Below, in pieces: positions 16,992-26,528 of a stretch of DNA of 62,500 nt. Under the pieces are notes generated by a model. That model was given only the letters and a program-made list of their open reading frames with translations. It did not search any database and was not told the DNA's origin. Position 1 is the first letter of the stretch. Every line of letters starts with the position of its first letter. Position numbers and translations under genes: made by a program. The stretch lies in assembly GCA_035304485.1 (NCBI GenBank), contig DATGPZ010000202.1, positions 1 through 62,500 on the forward strand, in the 5' to 3' direction. This DNA comes from Acidimicrobiia bacterium. Lineage in GTDB: Bacteria; Actinomycetota; Acidimicrobiia; Spongiisociales; ZC4RG35.

Positions 16992-17923
16992 CCGAGGCCG
17001 CTCCGGTCGACCTGGAGGCGGCCTTCCATCGGTATCGGAGGCGACTCCACGTCCACTGCTATCGAATGCTGGGGTCTTTCCATGAAGCGGACGATGCGGT
17101 ACAGGAGACGTGGCTGCGGGCGTGGCGGGGCCGTGGGCGCTTCGACGGGAGGAACCTATCGGCCTGGTTGTACCGAATCGCCACCAACGTCTGCCTCGAT
17201 CAGATCCGAGCCCACAGGAGACGGTCGCCAGCCCTCGGCGGAATGGACGAGGTGCCTTGGTTGCAGCCTTACCCGGATCACCTGCTGGACGAGGTGGCGG
17301 CGGACCCGGAGGGGGAAGTGGTGGAACGAGAGACGATCGAACTCCTCTTCGTCGCCGCCCTTCAAGCACTTCCGGCCCGTCAGCGGGCGGTCCTCATCGC
17401 CCGTGACGTTCTGGACTGGTCGGCGGCCGAGACCGCAGGGCTCCTCGGCACGACCGTCACCGCAATCAACAGTGCGCTCCAGAGGGCCCGCGCCGGTATT
17501 CGGGAGATCCTGCCCGGGCGTCGCTCCGAGTGGGCGAGGGAGGCCTCCCCTGAGGAGGAGGAGTTGCTGGAACGGTTCATACGGGCTCACGAGGAACTCG
17601 ATCACGTCGCCGCTTTGGCGATCGCCTCCGAAGACATTCGGGTGACCATGCCGCCCGACTTGGCGCGGTTCGACGGGATCCAGAGGCTGCGTCCTTTGCT
17701 CGACCGTGCCTTCGGCGAGGGTCGGGACGGAGATTGGCGGTTGGTCGCCACACGGGCCAACCGGATGCCCGCGGCCGCAAGCTATCTGCGTCGCCCTGGT
17801 GACACGCGGTTTCGGCCCTTCAAGCTCGACGTGCTCCGGGTCGATCAGGGGAAAGTGGTCGAGATCACGACCTTCGGAGCGGCGCTGTTCCCGATGTTCG
17901 GCCTGGAATCCCGACTCGGTTGA
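16988..17923 (+). CDS. ECF sigma factor with C-terminal SnoaL/NTF2-like extension (SigJ/SigG type), paralog of 12763..13764
   Basis: YRMLGSFHEADDAVQETWLRAWRG...WLYRIATNVCLD, LPARQRAVLIARDVLDWSAAETAGLL, and a C-terminal extension ending in a KVVEITTFG-type strand. Confidence 0.85.
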   Translation: MTEAAPVDLEAAFHRYRRRLHVHCYRMLGSFHEADDAVQETWLRAWRGRGRFDGRNLSAWLYRIATNVCLDQIRAHRRRSPALGGMDEVPWLQPYPDHLLDEVAADPEGEVVERETIELLFVAALQALPARQRAVLIARDVLDWSAAETAGLLGTTVTAINSALQRARAGIREILPGRRSEWAREASPEEEELLERFIRAHEELDHVAALAIASEDIRVTMPPDLARFDGIQRLRPLLDRAFGEGRDGDWRLVATRANRMPAAASYLRRPGDTRFRPFKLDVLRVDQGKVVEITTFGAALFPMFGLESRLG

Positions 17924-17978
17924 GCGAGGCGATGGCCCTCGCCAGGCTGGAGGGCCCTCCTAACATCCTCGCTGGGTC

Positions 17979-18989
17979 ATGAACGACTTCTCTCCCGACG
18001 CCGGCCCGATCCGGTTCCCTGATCCCCGTCCCAACCCCCTGCGAATGGTCGTCGCCCGTCTGATCGGGGCGGTGCTGCTGGTGGTGGTGATCGCCGGAGT
18101 CGTGGTGATCGGCGAGGAGGGCTACCGCGATGTGGTCGACGGTGATGTCTCGGCCCTCGACGCCCTCTACTACGCCACGGTATCGGTCACGACCACCGGA
18201 TACGGCGACATAGTCCCGGTCACCCCCGGAGCGAGGCTCGTGAACGTGGTGCTCATAACGCCGATGCGGGTGGCGTTTCTGATCCTGGTGGTGTCGACCA
18301 CGGTGGAGGTCCTCGCCTCCAGTACCCGCTACCTGTTCCGAATACGACGATGGAGGCGCACTATGGAGGACCACTACGTCATCTGCGGATACGGGACGAA
18401 GGGCAGGAGCGCGGCCTCCACCCTCATCTCGCAAGGAACGCCGATCGATCGGATCGTGGTCGTGGAGGTCGACCCCCGAGCCGCCGACGAGGCAACGGCG
18501 GCGGGCCATGCTGTAGTGCTGGGCGACTGCACTCGCGAGGAAGTGCTGCGGCGGGCCCGGGTCGAGGAGGCGAATGGAGTGATCATCGCCGTTAGCCGGG
18601 ACGACGCAGCCGTCCTCGCCACCCTCACGGTGAGGGTCCTCAATCAGCGTGTGCGGGTGGTGGCGTCCGTGCGGGAAGAGGAGAATCTGAAGCTCCTGCG
18701 CCGAAGCGGAGCATCTCTGGTGATCACTTCGGACGAGGCCACCGGGCGCCTGCTCGGGATGGCGATCGAAAGGCCCCACCATGCCGCCTTGATCGAAGAT
18801 CTCCTCCTGATCGGCGAAGGTGTCGACCTGGGGGAGCGACCTGTGGACGAAGATCTCGTGGGCAAGCAGGCACCCGACGGAACCATCGGTGTGATCCGGG
18901 GCGGACGGATTCTCGCTCCCGACGTGACGCTGCTGGGCAGCGATCGCCTCTTGTACCTGGAGAGGGACGCGACGGCACCCGAGAGCTGA
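17979..18989 (+). CDS. Two-TM potassium channel with C-terminal RCK/TrkA-N domain
   Basis: Selectivity filter TTTGYGD, followed by the Rossmann-like segment HYVICGYGTKGRS. Confidence 0.85.
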   Translation: MNDFSPDAGPIRFPDPRPNPLRMVVARLIGAVLLVVVIAGVVVIGEEGYRDVVDGDVSALDALYYATVSVTTTGYGDIVPVTPGARLVNVVLITPMRVAFLILVVSTTVEVLASSTRYLFRIRRWRRTMEDHYVICGYGTKGRSAASTLISQGTPIDRIVVVEVDPRAADEATAAGHAVVLGDCTREEVLRRARVEEANGVIIAVSRDDAAVLATLTVRVLNQRVRVVASVREEENLKLLRRSGASLVITSDEATGRLLGMAIERPHHAALIEDLLLIGEGVDLGERPVDEDLVGKQAPDGTIGVIRGGRILAPDVTLLGSDRLLYLERDATAPES

Positions 18990-19034
18990 AGTCGGCGACG
19001 CGCGGGCGGGCGCGCGTTCTATCTTTGGAGAAGG

Positions 19035-20048
19035 ATGCGGGTCCTTCTCACGGGAGCCTCCGGGTTCGTGGGAGCCCACACGGCCGCCGCCCTCATTGGC
19101 GCCGGCCACGCAGTGCGGGCCTTCGTGCGGTCCCGGGAGCGTTTGAGCCGAGCCCTGGAACCGCTCGGTGCGGAGATCGCCGAGACGGTAGAAGGGGATG
19201 TCACTGATGCTGCGCGGGTTCGTGGCGCCATGGACGGTTGTGATGCCGTCATCCACGCCGCCAACATCTTCACCTACTCGTCCAGGTTCCGAAGGGAGAT
19301 GGACGCGGTCAACGTCGGTGGCACCGAACTGGTGCTGACGACGGCCGCTGAGATGGGCCTCGACCCGATCGTCTACGTCTCGAGCTACACGGTGCTGGTT
19401 GGAGGCGAAGGTCCGATTCCGGCCGACGCTCCGGTCCAGACCGAACGCAATCAGCCGTACATCGACTCGAAGCGCGGAGGGGAACGGATCGCCCGTCGCT
19501 TCCAAGGTCAGTCCGTCCCGGTGGTGACCACGTATCCGGGGTCGGTATGGGGTCCTCATGATCCCGGGGCAGGAGAGATGGTGAAGATCGCTCGATTGAT
19601 GCTCGCCTCACCCTTCACCTTCGGCCTGGACGGCCACATAGGAATCGTCGATGTCTCCTGGCTGGCGCGTCTCCATGCGTCCCTGATCGAGCCGGGGCGC
19701 GGTGCTCGTCGCGTGCTCGCACCAGGCATCACCTTGAGCTGGCGCCAGTTGGCGCAGCGTCTGGCGGAGGCGACCGGTCGACGCCCGCCCCGGTTCCTGC
19801 CGACACCGCACCCGATTGCGGACCTGTTCGGCCGAGGGGCCCAGTTGGCTTCTCGCATCGTGGGTGTCGACATTCCCATTCATCAAGAAGGCCCATGGCT
19901 GGTTCGACACTGGCAGCCCGGCGACGACCGTTTGTCACGTGACCTCGCCGGCCCACTCCCACCGGTCGACGAGACGATCGTCCGGGCCGCCGAATGGATG
20001 CTCGAGGCAGGCCACATCCGGTCGAGAAAGGTCGTCGCCACCGCTTGA
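19035..20048 (+). CDS. NAD(P)-dependent epimerase/dehydratase (extended SDR)
   Basis: N-terminal MRVLLTGASGFVGAH glycine-rich NAD motif and a YIDSK (YxxxK) catalytic motif. GGAGAAGG RBS upstream. Confidence 0.8.
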   Translation: MRVLLTGASGFVGAHTAAALIGAGHAVRAFVRSRERLSRALEPLGAEIAETVEGDVTDAARVRGAMDGCDAVIHAANIFTYSSRFRREMDAVNVGGTELVLTTAAEMGLDPIVYVSSYTVLVGGEGPIPADAPVQTERNQPYIDSKRGGERIARRFQGQSVPVVTTYPGSVWGPHDPGAGEMVKIARLMLASPFTFGLDGHIGIVDVSWLARLHASLIEPGRGARRVLAPGITLSWRQLAQRLAEATGRRPPRFLPTPHPIADLFGRGAQLASRIVGVDIPIHQEGPWLVRHWQPGDDRLSRDLAGPLPPVDETIVRAAEWMLEAGHIRSRKVVATA

Positions 20049-20089
20049 CGCCGGCGCACCGACTCACGGACTGTGCCTAGCATTCGGCG

Positions 20090-20914
20090 ATGCCGACAGA
20101 CCGATCCGCCACGATCGACGACCTGCGACGCCGCTTCGCAGAACTCCATGAGAGCGGCCACTTCGTCATTCCCAATCCGTGGGATCTGGGATCTGCCCGC
20201 CTCCTCGAAGCCCTCGGTTTCCAGGCTCTGGCGACCACCAGTTCCGGGCTCGCCGCAGCCTTGGGGAAGCTCGATCAGTCGCTCGACTTCGAGGAGTTGG
20301 AAGCCCATGTGACGAGCCTCGTCGCCGCTGTTGGGGTGCCGGTTTCGGTCGATGCGGAGAACGGCTACGGGTCCGACCCGGCCGCGGTGGCGGAGAACGT
20401 CGCCCGCCTGGCGCAGGCGGGAGCGGCCGGAGTCTCCATCGAGGACTACGACCCCGATTCGGGCTTGTATTCGCCCTCCGAAGCCGCGGAGAGAGTCGCC
20501 GCCGCCGCAGAGGTCTGCCGTTCCACTGGGATGGTCCTGACGGCCCGAGCAGAGAACCACCTCTACGGGGTCGACGATCTCGATGACACGATCGCCCGGC
20601 TCGATGCCTACCGCGAGGCGGGTGCCGACGTCGTCTACGCCCCGAGACTCTCTCGAATCGACGACATTCGACGGGTGGTCGACGAGGTCGGCGCCCCTTT
20701 GAACGTCCTCCTGACTCCCGATTGTCCGCCGATCGGCGAGATGGCGGCGGTCGGGGTTCGTCGCTTCTCCACCGGCGGCGCTCTCGCCTTCGCCTCATAC
20801 GGTTCCATGGTCGAGGCAGCCCAGGAGCTGCTGGCCGGTGGTGAACGGAGCTACCACTCCCGTGTCCTGGCCCCGGATGTGCGTCAACGGGCTTTCGTCG
20901 GCCGCTCCGCGTGA
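20090..20914 (+). CDS. Isocitrate lyase/PEP mutase superfamily protein (2-methylisocitrate lyase-like)
   Basis: PNPWDLGSARLLEALGFQALATTS...VSVDAENGYG...AGAAGVSIED is the typical ICL/PEPM barrel pattern. Confidence 0.75.
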   Translation: MPTDRSATIDDLRRRFAELHESGHFVIPNPWDLGSARLLEALGFQALATTSSGLAAALGKLDQSLDFEELEAHVTSLVAAVGVPVSVDAENGYGSDPAAVAENVARLAQAGAAGVSIEDYDPDSGLYSPSEAAERVAAAAEVCRSTGMVLTARAENHLYGVDDLDDTIARLDAYREAGADVVYAPRLSRIDDIRRVVDEVGAPLNVLLTPDCPPIGEMAAVGVRRFSTGGALAFASYGSMVEAAQELLAGGERSYHSRVLAPDVRQRAFVGRSA

Positions 20915-20964
20915 CCCGGAAAGGCTCAACTGGCGCGGCGTTTTCGCCGAAACAATGAGTCGAG

Positions 20965-22332
20965 ATGTTCGTCGATGAGCCCCGGGTCGACCCGGCTCCG
21001 TTGCGTGGTGCGGGCAGCGGTTCTCCTCTTTTCCATCCGGGACTCGAGGACTTGCTCGAGCGCCTCGGCATCGGGACGGAGGCACCACCGGACGAGCGCG
21101 CATGGTCTGAGCTTCTCCAGATTCTCGACGGGATGCATCGGGAATTGGACGATCTGCGGGCCGCCGAGAGTGATCTGATACGCGAGCGCTCCAGTTACGA
21201 GAATCTGTTCCGCATCGCCCCGGTCCCGTTGATGCAACAGGACTACACCCTCGTCGAGAAGTGGATGCGTGAACTGAAGCAGCGTGGCGTCCTGTCGCTC
21301 CGGAGCTATATCGACGACGACATCGAACGCATTCGTGAGATCGCTCCGCTGATCCGGATGACGGCGGCGAATCCCGCCGCTCAAAGGGCAGTCGGGCTAC
21401 CCCAAGAGGAGATGTTGGGCCCGATCGAGCCCAAGATCGTGAATCCGGGGTCGGAGCCGAGCTGGATCGCCCAGCTGTCGGCCGTGTGGGACCGGAGGCC
21501 CGTCGCCCACGCCGCCTTCACCGCTATCACCGCCGGAGGCAAGACCTATGACGCCGAATCCTTGCTGGCGGCACCGATGGTCGACGGTGAGCCGGATTTC
21601 TCCCGGGCCGTGCTGACGATCATCGACGTGACTCCCCACCGGAACGAACGGAGGCGGATGGAGGAGCTGATCGAGGCGAAGGACCGGTTCCTCGCCTCGG
21701 TCAGCCACGAGTTGCGGACCCCGCTCACTGCCATACTCGGGTTTGCCCGTCTGCTCGAGGAGGGCGGCCTCGGTGAAGAAGACACCGAGGTGATGATCGG
21801 CTCGATCGCCCAGCACGCCCAGGAGCTGTCCGACATCGTCGAAGACCTCCTGGTGGCAGCCCGGGCCGAATCGAGTCAGGTCAATGTGACCCCGGAGCGG
21901 GTCGACGTGATCGAGCAGACCCGTGGGCTACTGGCGGCCGCAGGCACGTTCGAAGGCATGGCCGAGCTCCATACGCGCGAGGAGACGGCTCTTGCCCTGG
22001 CCGACCCAAGTCGTCTCCGCCAGATCCTCCGCAACCTGCTGACGAATGCCGAACGCTACGGCGGGGAGAGGGTTCGGGTGCACGTGCGCACGAACGGTCG
22101 ATCCGTGATCTTGGACGTCGCCGATGATGGCAATGGGCTACCGGCCGACCAGTGGGAGCGGATCTTCGAGCCCTACCACAGAGTCCATACGAGCCCGGGG
22201 CTTCCCGGTTCGGTCGGAATCGGACTCGCCATCTCGCGGCAGCTGACGGAATTGATGGGCGGATCGCTCGACTACCGGTACGAGAGAGGGTGGAGCGTGT
22301 TCCGTCTGGAGCTTCCCCGAGCGGACGGCTAG
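20965..22332 (+). CDS. Cytoplasmic sensor histidine kinase (PAS-like N-terminal region, HisKA, HATPase_c)
   Basis: H-box FLASVSHELRTPLTAILGF, N-box LRNLLTNAERYG, G-boxes DDGNGL and GSVGIGLAISRQL. No TM segment and no adjacent response regulator. Confidence 0.8.
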   Translation: MFVDEPRVDPAPLRGAGSGSPLFHPGLEDLLERLGIGTEAPPDERAWSELLQILDGMHRELDDLRAAESDLIRERSSYENLFRIAPVPLMQQDYTLVEKWMRELKQRGVLSLRSYIDDDIERIREIAPLIRMTAANPAAQRAVGLPQEEMLGPIEPKIVNPGSEPSWIAQLSAVWDRRPVAHAAFTAITAGGKTYDAESLLAAPMVDGEPDFSRAVLTIIDVTPHRNERRRMEELIEAKDRFLASVSHELRTPLTAILGFARLLEEGGLGEEDTEVMIGSIAQHAQELSDIVEDLLVAARAESSQVNVTPERVDVIEQTRGLLAAAGTFEGMAELHTREETALALADPSRLRQILRNLLTNAERYGGERVRVHVRTNGRSVILDVADDGNGLPADQWERIFEPYHRVHTSPGLPGSVGIGLAISRQLTELMGGSLDYRYERGWSVFRLELPRADG

Positions 22333-22349
22333 ATACCAGGATCAGCGTC

Positions 22350-22826
22350 TCACCGACGCCGGGAGCGCCGAAGAGGACCAGAGGCCTCGTATGCGCCGAC
22401 CGTGACGACACCGTAGGCGATGTGGGGGACGATGTCGGCGATCCAGCCCTCCGCTCCCCACTTGCGGGGGTCGGTGATGCCCGAGACGATCGACGGCACG
22501 TTGCCGGCCAGCATGGCTGCCAACGCCACCAGAGCCATCCGCGTCCACACGGGCAGGGTGCGCAATCCGGGGGAGCCGAAGGCATAGAGGACTGCCGTGC
22601 TCGATCCGGCTGCGTACCCCAACAGTGCGCCCAAGGCATCGGCGCGGTTGTCGGCTTCGTCGTCTGAGCCCAGTGGAGTGCCGAGCGACGCCGTGAGCTG
22701 CCGAGCGGTGTCGGCGGGAAGTCGGCTGGCTGGGCGGCCTCTCACCAGCATGTCGAGGTAGGTGATGCTGTTGAGGGCCATGGTCCCCGCCGCCCCGGCC
22801 AATAGACCGCGCCACATAGTTCCCAA
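22350..22826 (-). CDS. Hypothetical membrane protein
   Basis: 158 aa with ~4 hydrophobic segments. Coding-like composition with no competing recognisable gene. Confidence 0.5.
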   Translation of the reverse strand: MGTMWRGLLAGAAGTMALNSITYLDMLVRGRPASRLPADTARQLTASLGTPLGSDDEADNRADALGALLGYAAGSSTAVLYAFGSPGLRTLPVWTRMALVALAAMLAGNVPSIVSGITDPRKWGAEGWIADIVPHIAYGVVTVGAYEASGPLRRSRRR

Positions 22827-22886
22827 GTCGAACCTCTCGACGTCGATGGGCGGCTCCTACCCGAGAGAAGAGCCGGCAAACACATC

Positions 22887-23255
22887 TCAGGCCCGTGCTT
22901 CCGTCTGCTCGTGGGAACGACGCCGATCCACGACCGATCGGTGGAGGCGGAAGGTCTCCTCGTGACTGCGGGTGTCGTCGACGTGGGTGAGGAACTCTGC
23001 TGCCAGGCGAGCGAACTCGCTCTTGTCGGCTCCCGCCGCCAGTCGCAAATTGAACTCGTTGGCTCGTCTCCACCGCCACACCTGGTACATGTGACAGCGT
23101 GGTTCCTCGGCCCAGACCGGGCTGTAGGTGCCGAGATACTCGAGGCCCTCCGGTGCCGCTTTGGCGAGGGCGTCTTCGTTTTCTGCCAGCCAGGCGGCGA
23201 GAGCATCCACCGCGTCCGGTTTGACGAAGAACCCCCATTCGTAGATGAGTGCCAT
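22887..23255 (-). CDS. Hypothetical protein
   Basis: 122 aa with balanced composition (MALIYEWGFFVKPDAVDALAAWLAEN...). I do not recognise a family. Confidence 0.4.
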   Translation of the reverse strand: MALIYEWGFFVKPDAVDALAAWLAENEDALAKAAPEGLEYLGTYSPVWAEEPRCHMYQVWRWRRANEFNLRLAAGADKSEFARLAAEFLTHVDDTRSHEETFRLHRSVVDRRRSHEQTEARA

Positions 23256-23329
23256 GTTCGTCTCCTCGCGTTCTCACCCAACGTATCGGGTTCGCCTCGG
23301 CAATGCCTGCCGGACCGTCCTGGATCGAG

Positions 23330-24709
23330 TCAGGGCTGGAGCAACAGGGGGTATTCCCGTATGTCGACCCGGGTTCCGTCCTCGGCGGAGTCCGTCCACA
23401 CCACCAAGGACCCGATCTGGGTCCGATCCACCTGATAGTCGATCGTGAAGTCGAAGCCGGCCCAGTCGACACCGGAGCCCGACATGGCGAGTCCCTCCTC
23501 GATGATTCGGCCCTCGCCGTCGGTCAAGACGTACTGGAAGGTGGCTTCGAACACGCGCGCCTGGCCGGTCACCCGGAGCGGATCGGAGGCGATTCCGCCA
23601 TACAACGGGGTTTCGACGGAGATACTGGCCTGGTGATCCAGGTAGTCACCTCGGGTCACCGGCCGGTCGACGATGGCTCCGTTGTCGGTACGAACGGAGA
23701 CCGCCGCCCCTTCGTGGAGGAAGCGGACGGAATCTATGGTTTCGAAACGCGTGAGGGTGAAGACCACCTGAGCCACCGCCTGCGAGCTGGTGCCGAGATC
23801 GACGGACAGGTCGACCGTGGCGACACCTCCATCGAGGGCGACCGAGTTGAGGTCTACACCGTCGGGGATGAACGTGGTCACCGTCGGGATCGACGACGAT
23901 TCGTCAGAGCTCGGGCCGGCCAGCAGACTGGCGAGCGACGCCTGCGCCGTAGTGGAACTCTTGGCCACCCGACGGTGGAACGGGGCCAGGAAGGGCCCGC
24001 TCCGGCCGGGATGGCCGTCCTCGTCGACGAAGAAGTAGGGCGCGACCACCATCACAGGTGGAGGCGTTCTGGGTGCGAGCTCCAAAGCTCGGCCCAAGAA
24101 CGATGCCATCTGATCGCGTTCGACCAGGTCCGAGGGGCAGTAGCGGTCGTTGTCGGGAGGATTGCATCCCGTCGTGACCCCGGCGGTCCCGAGGCGGTCG
24201 ATGTCAGTTTCGAAGACCGTCTCGTCGTCGTCGACGAACAGGTCGTCGTCACCACCATCGGTGTAGCCGAAGCCCCGCACCAAGAAAGCCGCCATCTGCC
24301 CTCGAGTGACCGGGTCGTCGGGGCAGAAGTTGTCGTTGTCCGGCGGATTGCAGCCACGGGTGATCCCCGCCGCCGCGAGAGCCGCGATGTCGGCCTCGAA
24401 GATCGAATCGTCGTCATCGGTGAAGGGATCATCGGCCGAGGCATCGAGGCCGAGAGCCCGATTCAGGAACGCCGCCATCTGACCACGAGTGATCGACTCT
24501 CCCGGGCAATAGCGATCGTTGTCCGGCGGATTGCAGCCACGGGTCACGCCCTCGGCGGCGATTGCCTCGATGTAGCCCTCGTGCACGTCCCCGTCGTCAT
24601 CGGTGAACGTCCCACCCGGGGGCATGTCCTCTTGAGCCGCGGCCGTTGCGGTGACGACCATCGCCACGACCAAGCCGACCCACACTCGTAGCGCCTTCCT
24701 GCGGAGCAT
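23330..24709 (-). CDS. Secreted protein: three SLH-like Cys-containing repeats, a GerMN-like domain and a Gmad2-like Ig domain
   Basis: Signal peptide MLRRKALRVWVGLVVAMVVTATAAAQE. Three ~60-aa repeats (F.DDD....E.DI..L..AG(I/V)T.GCNPPDND.(Y/F)CP...(V/I)TRGQMAAFL). Then LASLLAGPS...VDLNSVALDGGVATVDLS (GerMN-like) and a C-terminal VFEATFQYVLTD block (Gmad2-like). The start is at the ATG at 24709. Confidence 0.7.
   Translation of the reverse strand: MLRRKALRVWVGLVVAMVVTATAAAQEDMPPGGTFTDDDGDVHEGYIEAIAAEGVTRGCNPPDNDRYCPGESITRGQMAAFLNRALGLDASADDPFTDDDDSIFEADIAALAAAGITRGCNPPDNDNFCPDDPVTRGQMAAFLVRGFGYTDGGDDDLFVDDDETVFETDIDRLGTAGVTTGCNPPDNDRYCPSDLVERDQMASFLGRALELAPRTPPPVMVVAPYFFVDEDGHPGRSGPFLAPFHRRVAKSSTTAQASLASLLAGPSSDESSSIPTVTTFIPDGVDLNSVALDGGVATVDLSVDLGTSSQAVAQVVFTLTRFETIDSVRFLHEGAAVSVRTDNGAIVDRPVTRGDYLDHQASISVETPLYGGIASDPLRVTGQARVFEATFQYVLTDGEGRIIEEGLAMSGSGVDWAGFDFTIDYQVDRTQIGSLVVWTDSAEDGTRVDIREYPLLLQP
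24064..24607 (-). repeat. Three tandem in-frame coding repeats (~180 bp each) encoding the SLH-like modules
   Basis: The peptide block GCNPPDND(R/N)(Y/F)CP...TRGQMAAFL recurs three times within the CDS. Confidence 0.7.
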
Positions 24710-24770
24710 GGCCTCTCTCCCTCCTCTGCTGTTTCCGACTGTAGGGCTCTGCCCGATCGAAGACGTCCGC

Positions 24771-25820
24771 TCACCTCGGTCTGGCTCGGCTGGAAGGGCG
24801 GGTAGCGACACGGGCGGCGAGGCCCGTGCGGGCCAGGGCCGGGGTCGGGAAGGACGCTCCCTCCGCCAGTCCGGCGAACAACTCGCCGAGAGTCTGCCGG
24901 GCGTCGTGCTCAGGTTGCCATCGGAGATCCCGATGGGCACGCGCGGAGCTCATCCGAGGTACGTCCACCGCCATGTCGAGCCACCCCTCCGGGGTCGGCT
25001 GCAGACGGGCACGCCACGAGGCGGCGACTGCGCCTCGCAAGAGGGGAAACGGGAGGTGGCGGAGATCGGTTCCTAGCACGTCGGCCACTGCCGCCGTATC
25101 CAGCATCGGCTCCGAGTGGAGATTGAATGCTCCTGCTCGGGACGAGTGCAGGGCGAGGTGGAAGGCAGTGGCGACGTCGTCTGTGTGGACGGCCTGGAAG
25201 GTGAGGGTCGCAGGCATGGGGAGCAGAGGCAAGGCACCGTGACGCAGCGTCGCTCGTGGCAACCATCGGGGGAAAAAGAGGCGATGGATACCGGAGGCAG
25301 CGTTGCGCTTGAAGATCAGAGCGGGACGCATCCTCACCACACGCATCTCGGGATACCGCTTCTCCGCCTCGTCGAGGATCCATTCCACAGCGGCCTTGTC
25401 GCGCGAGTAGAACGACGTGGGAGTGCCACCTATGGCCCAGCCTTCGTCCACCGGCATTTCCTTGGACCCCGGGGCATAAGCTCCGATGGAGGAGGCGTAG
25501 AGGAGGGTCGGGACACCGGCCCGCCCTGCCGACTCGAACACCCTCCGGGAACCGAGGATGTTGGTTCTCCACAGTCGGGCGTCGTCGTGGGAGGGCTGGA
25601 TCGCCCACGCCAGATGGACGACGGCGTCGGCTCCTTCGAACTCCCGGTCCAGGTCGGCACTGGCGATGTCGAGGCCGCGCCACGACACGTCCGGAAAGGG
25701 CATCACCTTTCCGATGCGGCGAGCAATGCCCACCACTGATCGAACCTCGGGATCCCGCTCCAGGCGGGCGAGCAAACTGGTTCCGACGTTCCCGCTCGCT
25801 CCTGTCACCACGACCCGCAT
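24771..25820 (-). CDS. NAD-dependent epimerase/dehydratase family protein
   Basis: MRVVVTGASGNVGTSLLARL glycine-rich motif and YSRDK (YxxxK). The start is placed at the internal Met (25820). Confidence 0.8.
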   Translation of the reverse strand: MRVVVTGASGNVGTSLLARLERDPEVRSVVGIARRIGKVMPFPDVSWRGLDIASADLDREFEGADAVVHLAWAIQPSHDDARLWRTNILGSRRVFESAGRAGVPTLLYASSIGAYAPGSKEMPVDEGWAIGGTPTSFYSRDKAAVEWILDEAEKRYPEMRVVRMRPALIFKRNAASGIHRLFFPRWLPRATLRHGALPLLPMPATLTFQAVHTDDVATAFHLALHSSRAGAFNLHSEPMLDTAAVADVLGTDLRHLPFPLLRGAVAASWRARLQPTPEGWLDMAVDVPRMSSARAHRDLRWQPEHDARQTLGELFAGLAEGASFPTPALARTGLAARVATRPSSRARPR

Positions 25821-25884
25821 GGGGGCTCGCGTACCCGGCCCAGTCACCGGCAAACCGGTCGTGAGCCGATGTCGTCCGAGCGGC

Positions 25885-25921
25885 ATATTCAACAATCGGG
25901 GTTATATTCAAATCGCTTGAA
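25885..25921. promoter_or_regulatory. AT-rich direct repeat (ATATTCAA twice) plus inverted repeat TTCAA-N5-TTGAA in a divergent promoter region
   Basis: The sequence cATATTCAAcaatcggggttATATTCAAatcgcTTGAAc lies 30-70 bp upstream of the ArsR-like regulator start (25953). It is an unusually AT-rich island in a ~67% GC context. Confidence 0.3.
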
Positions 25922-25952
25922 CATAGACGGGCGGACCGGTAGAAAGTCCGCC

Positions 25953-26528
25953 ATGGACGCCGTCTACGAAATCGAGGACGTGCTGGTCCTCGACAAGATC
26001 AACCACCCCCTGCGGCTCCGGATGCTGTACCAGCTAGGGGACGAGGCCCGCACCGTCAAAGAGCTGGCGGAGCGTCTGGATGTGCCCGTCACCCGGCTCT
26101 ATTACCACTTGGACCAGCTCCAGTCGGTGGGGTTGATCGAAGTCGTCGACACCCGCAAGTCGGGGGCACGGCTGCAGCGGGTGTATCGGGCGGTGGCCAC
26201 CCGTTTCCAGCCGGGCCGGAGCCTGTTCCAGGCGCCCGACCCGCCTCGCGTCGCCGAGGTGGTGGCATCGACGGTTCTCGATGGTGCACGGCTCGACGCC
26301 ACCGCTGGGGTGCTCAGCCATCTCGGCGACCAGCAGGGAGAGCCCGTTCCCGGCACGCTCGGCAGAACGATGGTGCCGATCAGCCGGGAAGCGGCTCTCG
26401 AGTTCACCCGCAAGCTGGAGGATCTGGTCGCCGAGCTCGAGACCAGAGAGGACCCCGACGGCGAGGAGTACGCCTTCTCGTTCGTCTTCTTTCCGATGGT
26501 CGCACCAGTGAGAGGAGAAACCCCATGA
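25953..26528 (+). CDS. ArsR-family-like winged-helix transcriptional regulator with C-terminal extension
   Basis: HPLRLRMLYQLGDEARTVKELAERLDVPVTRLYYHLDQLQSVGLIEV is a classic ArsR/SmtB HTH. ATGA overlap with the downstream ABC ATPase. Confidence 0.7.
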   Translation: MDAVYEIEDVLVLDKINHPLRLRMLYQLGDEARTVKELAERLDVPVTRLYYHLDQLQSVGLIEVVDTRKSGARLQRVYRAVATRFQPGRSLFQAPDPPRVAEVVASTVLDGARLDATAGVLSHLGDQQGEPVPGTLGRTMVPISREAALEFTRKLEDLVAELETREDPDGEEYAFSFVFFPMVAPVRGETP

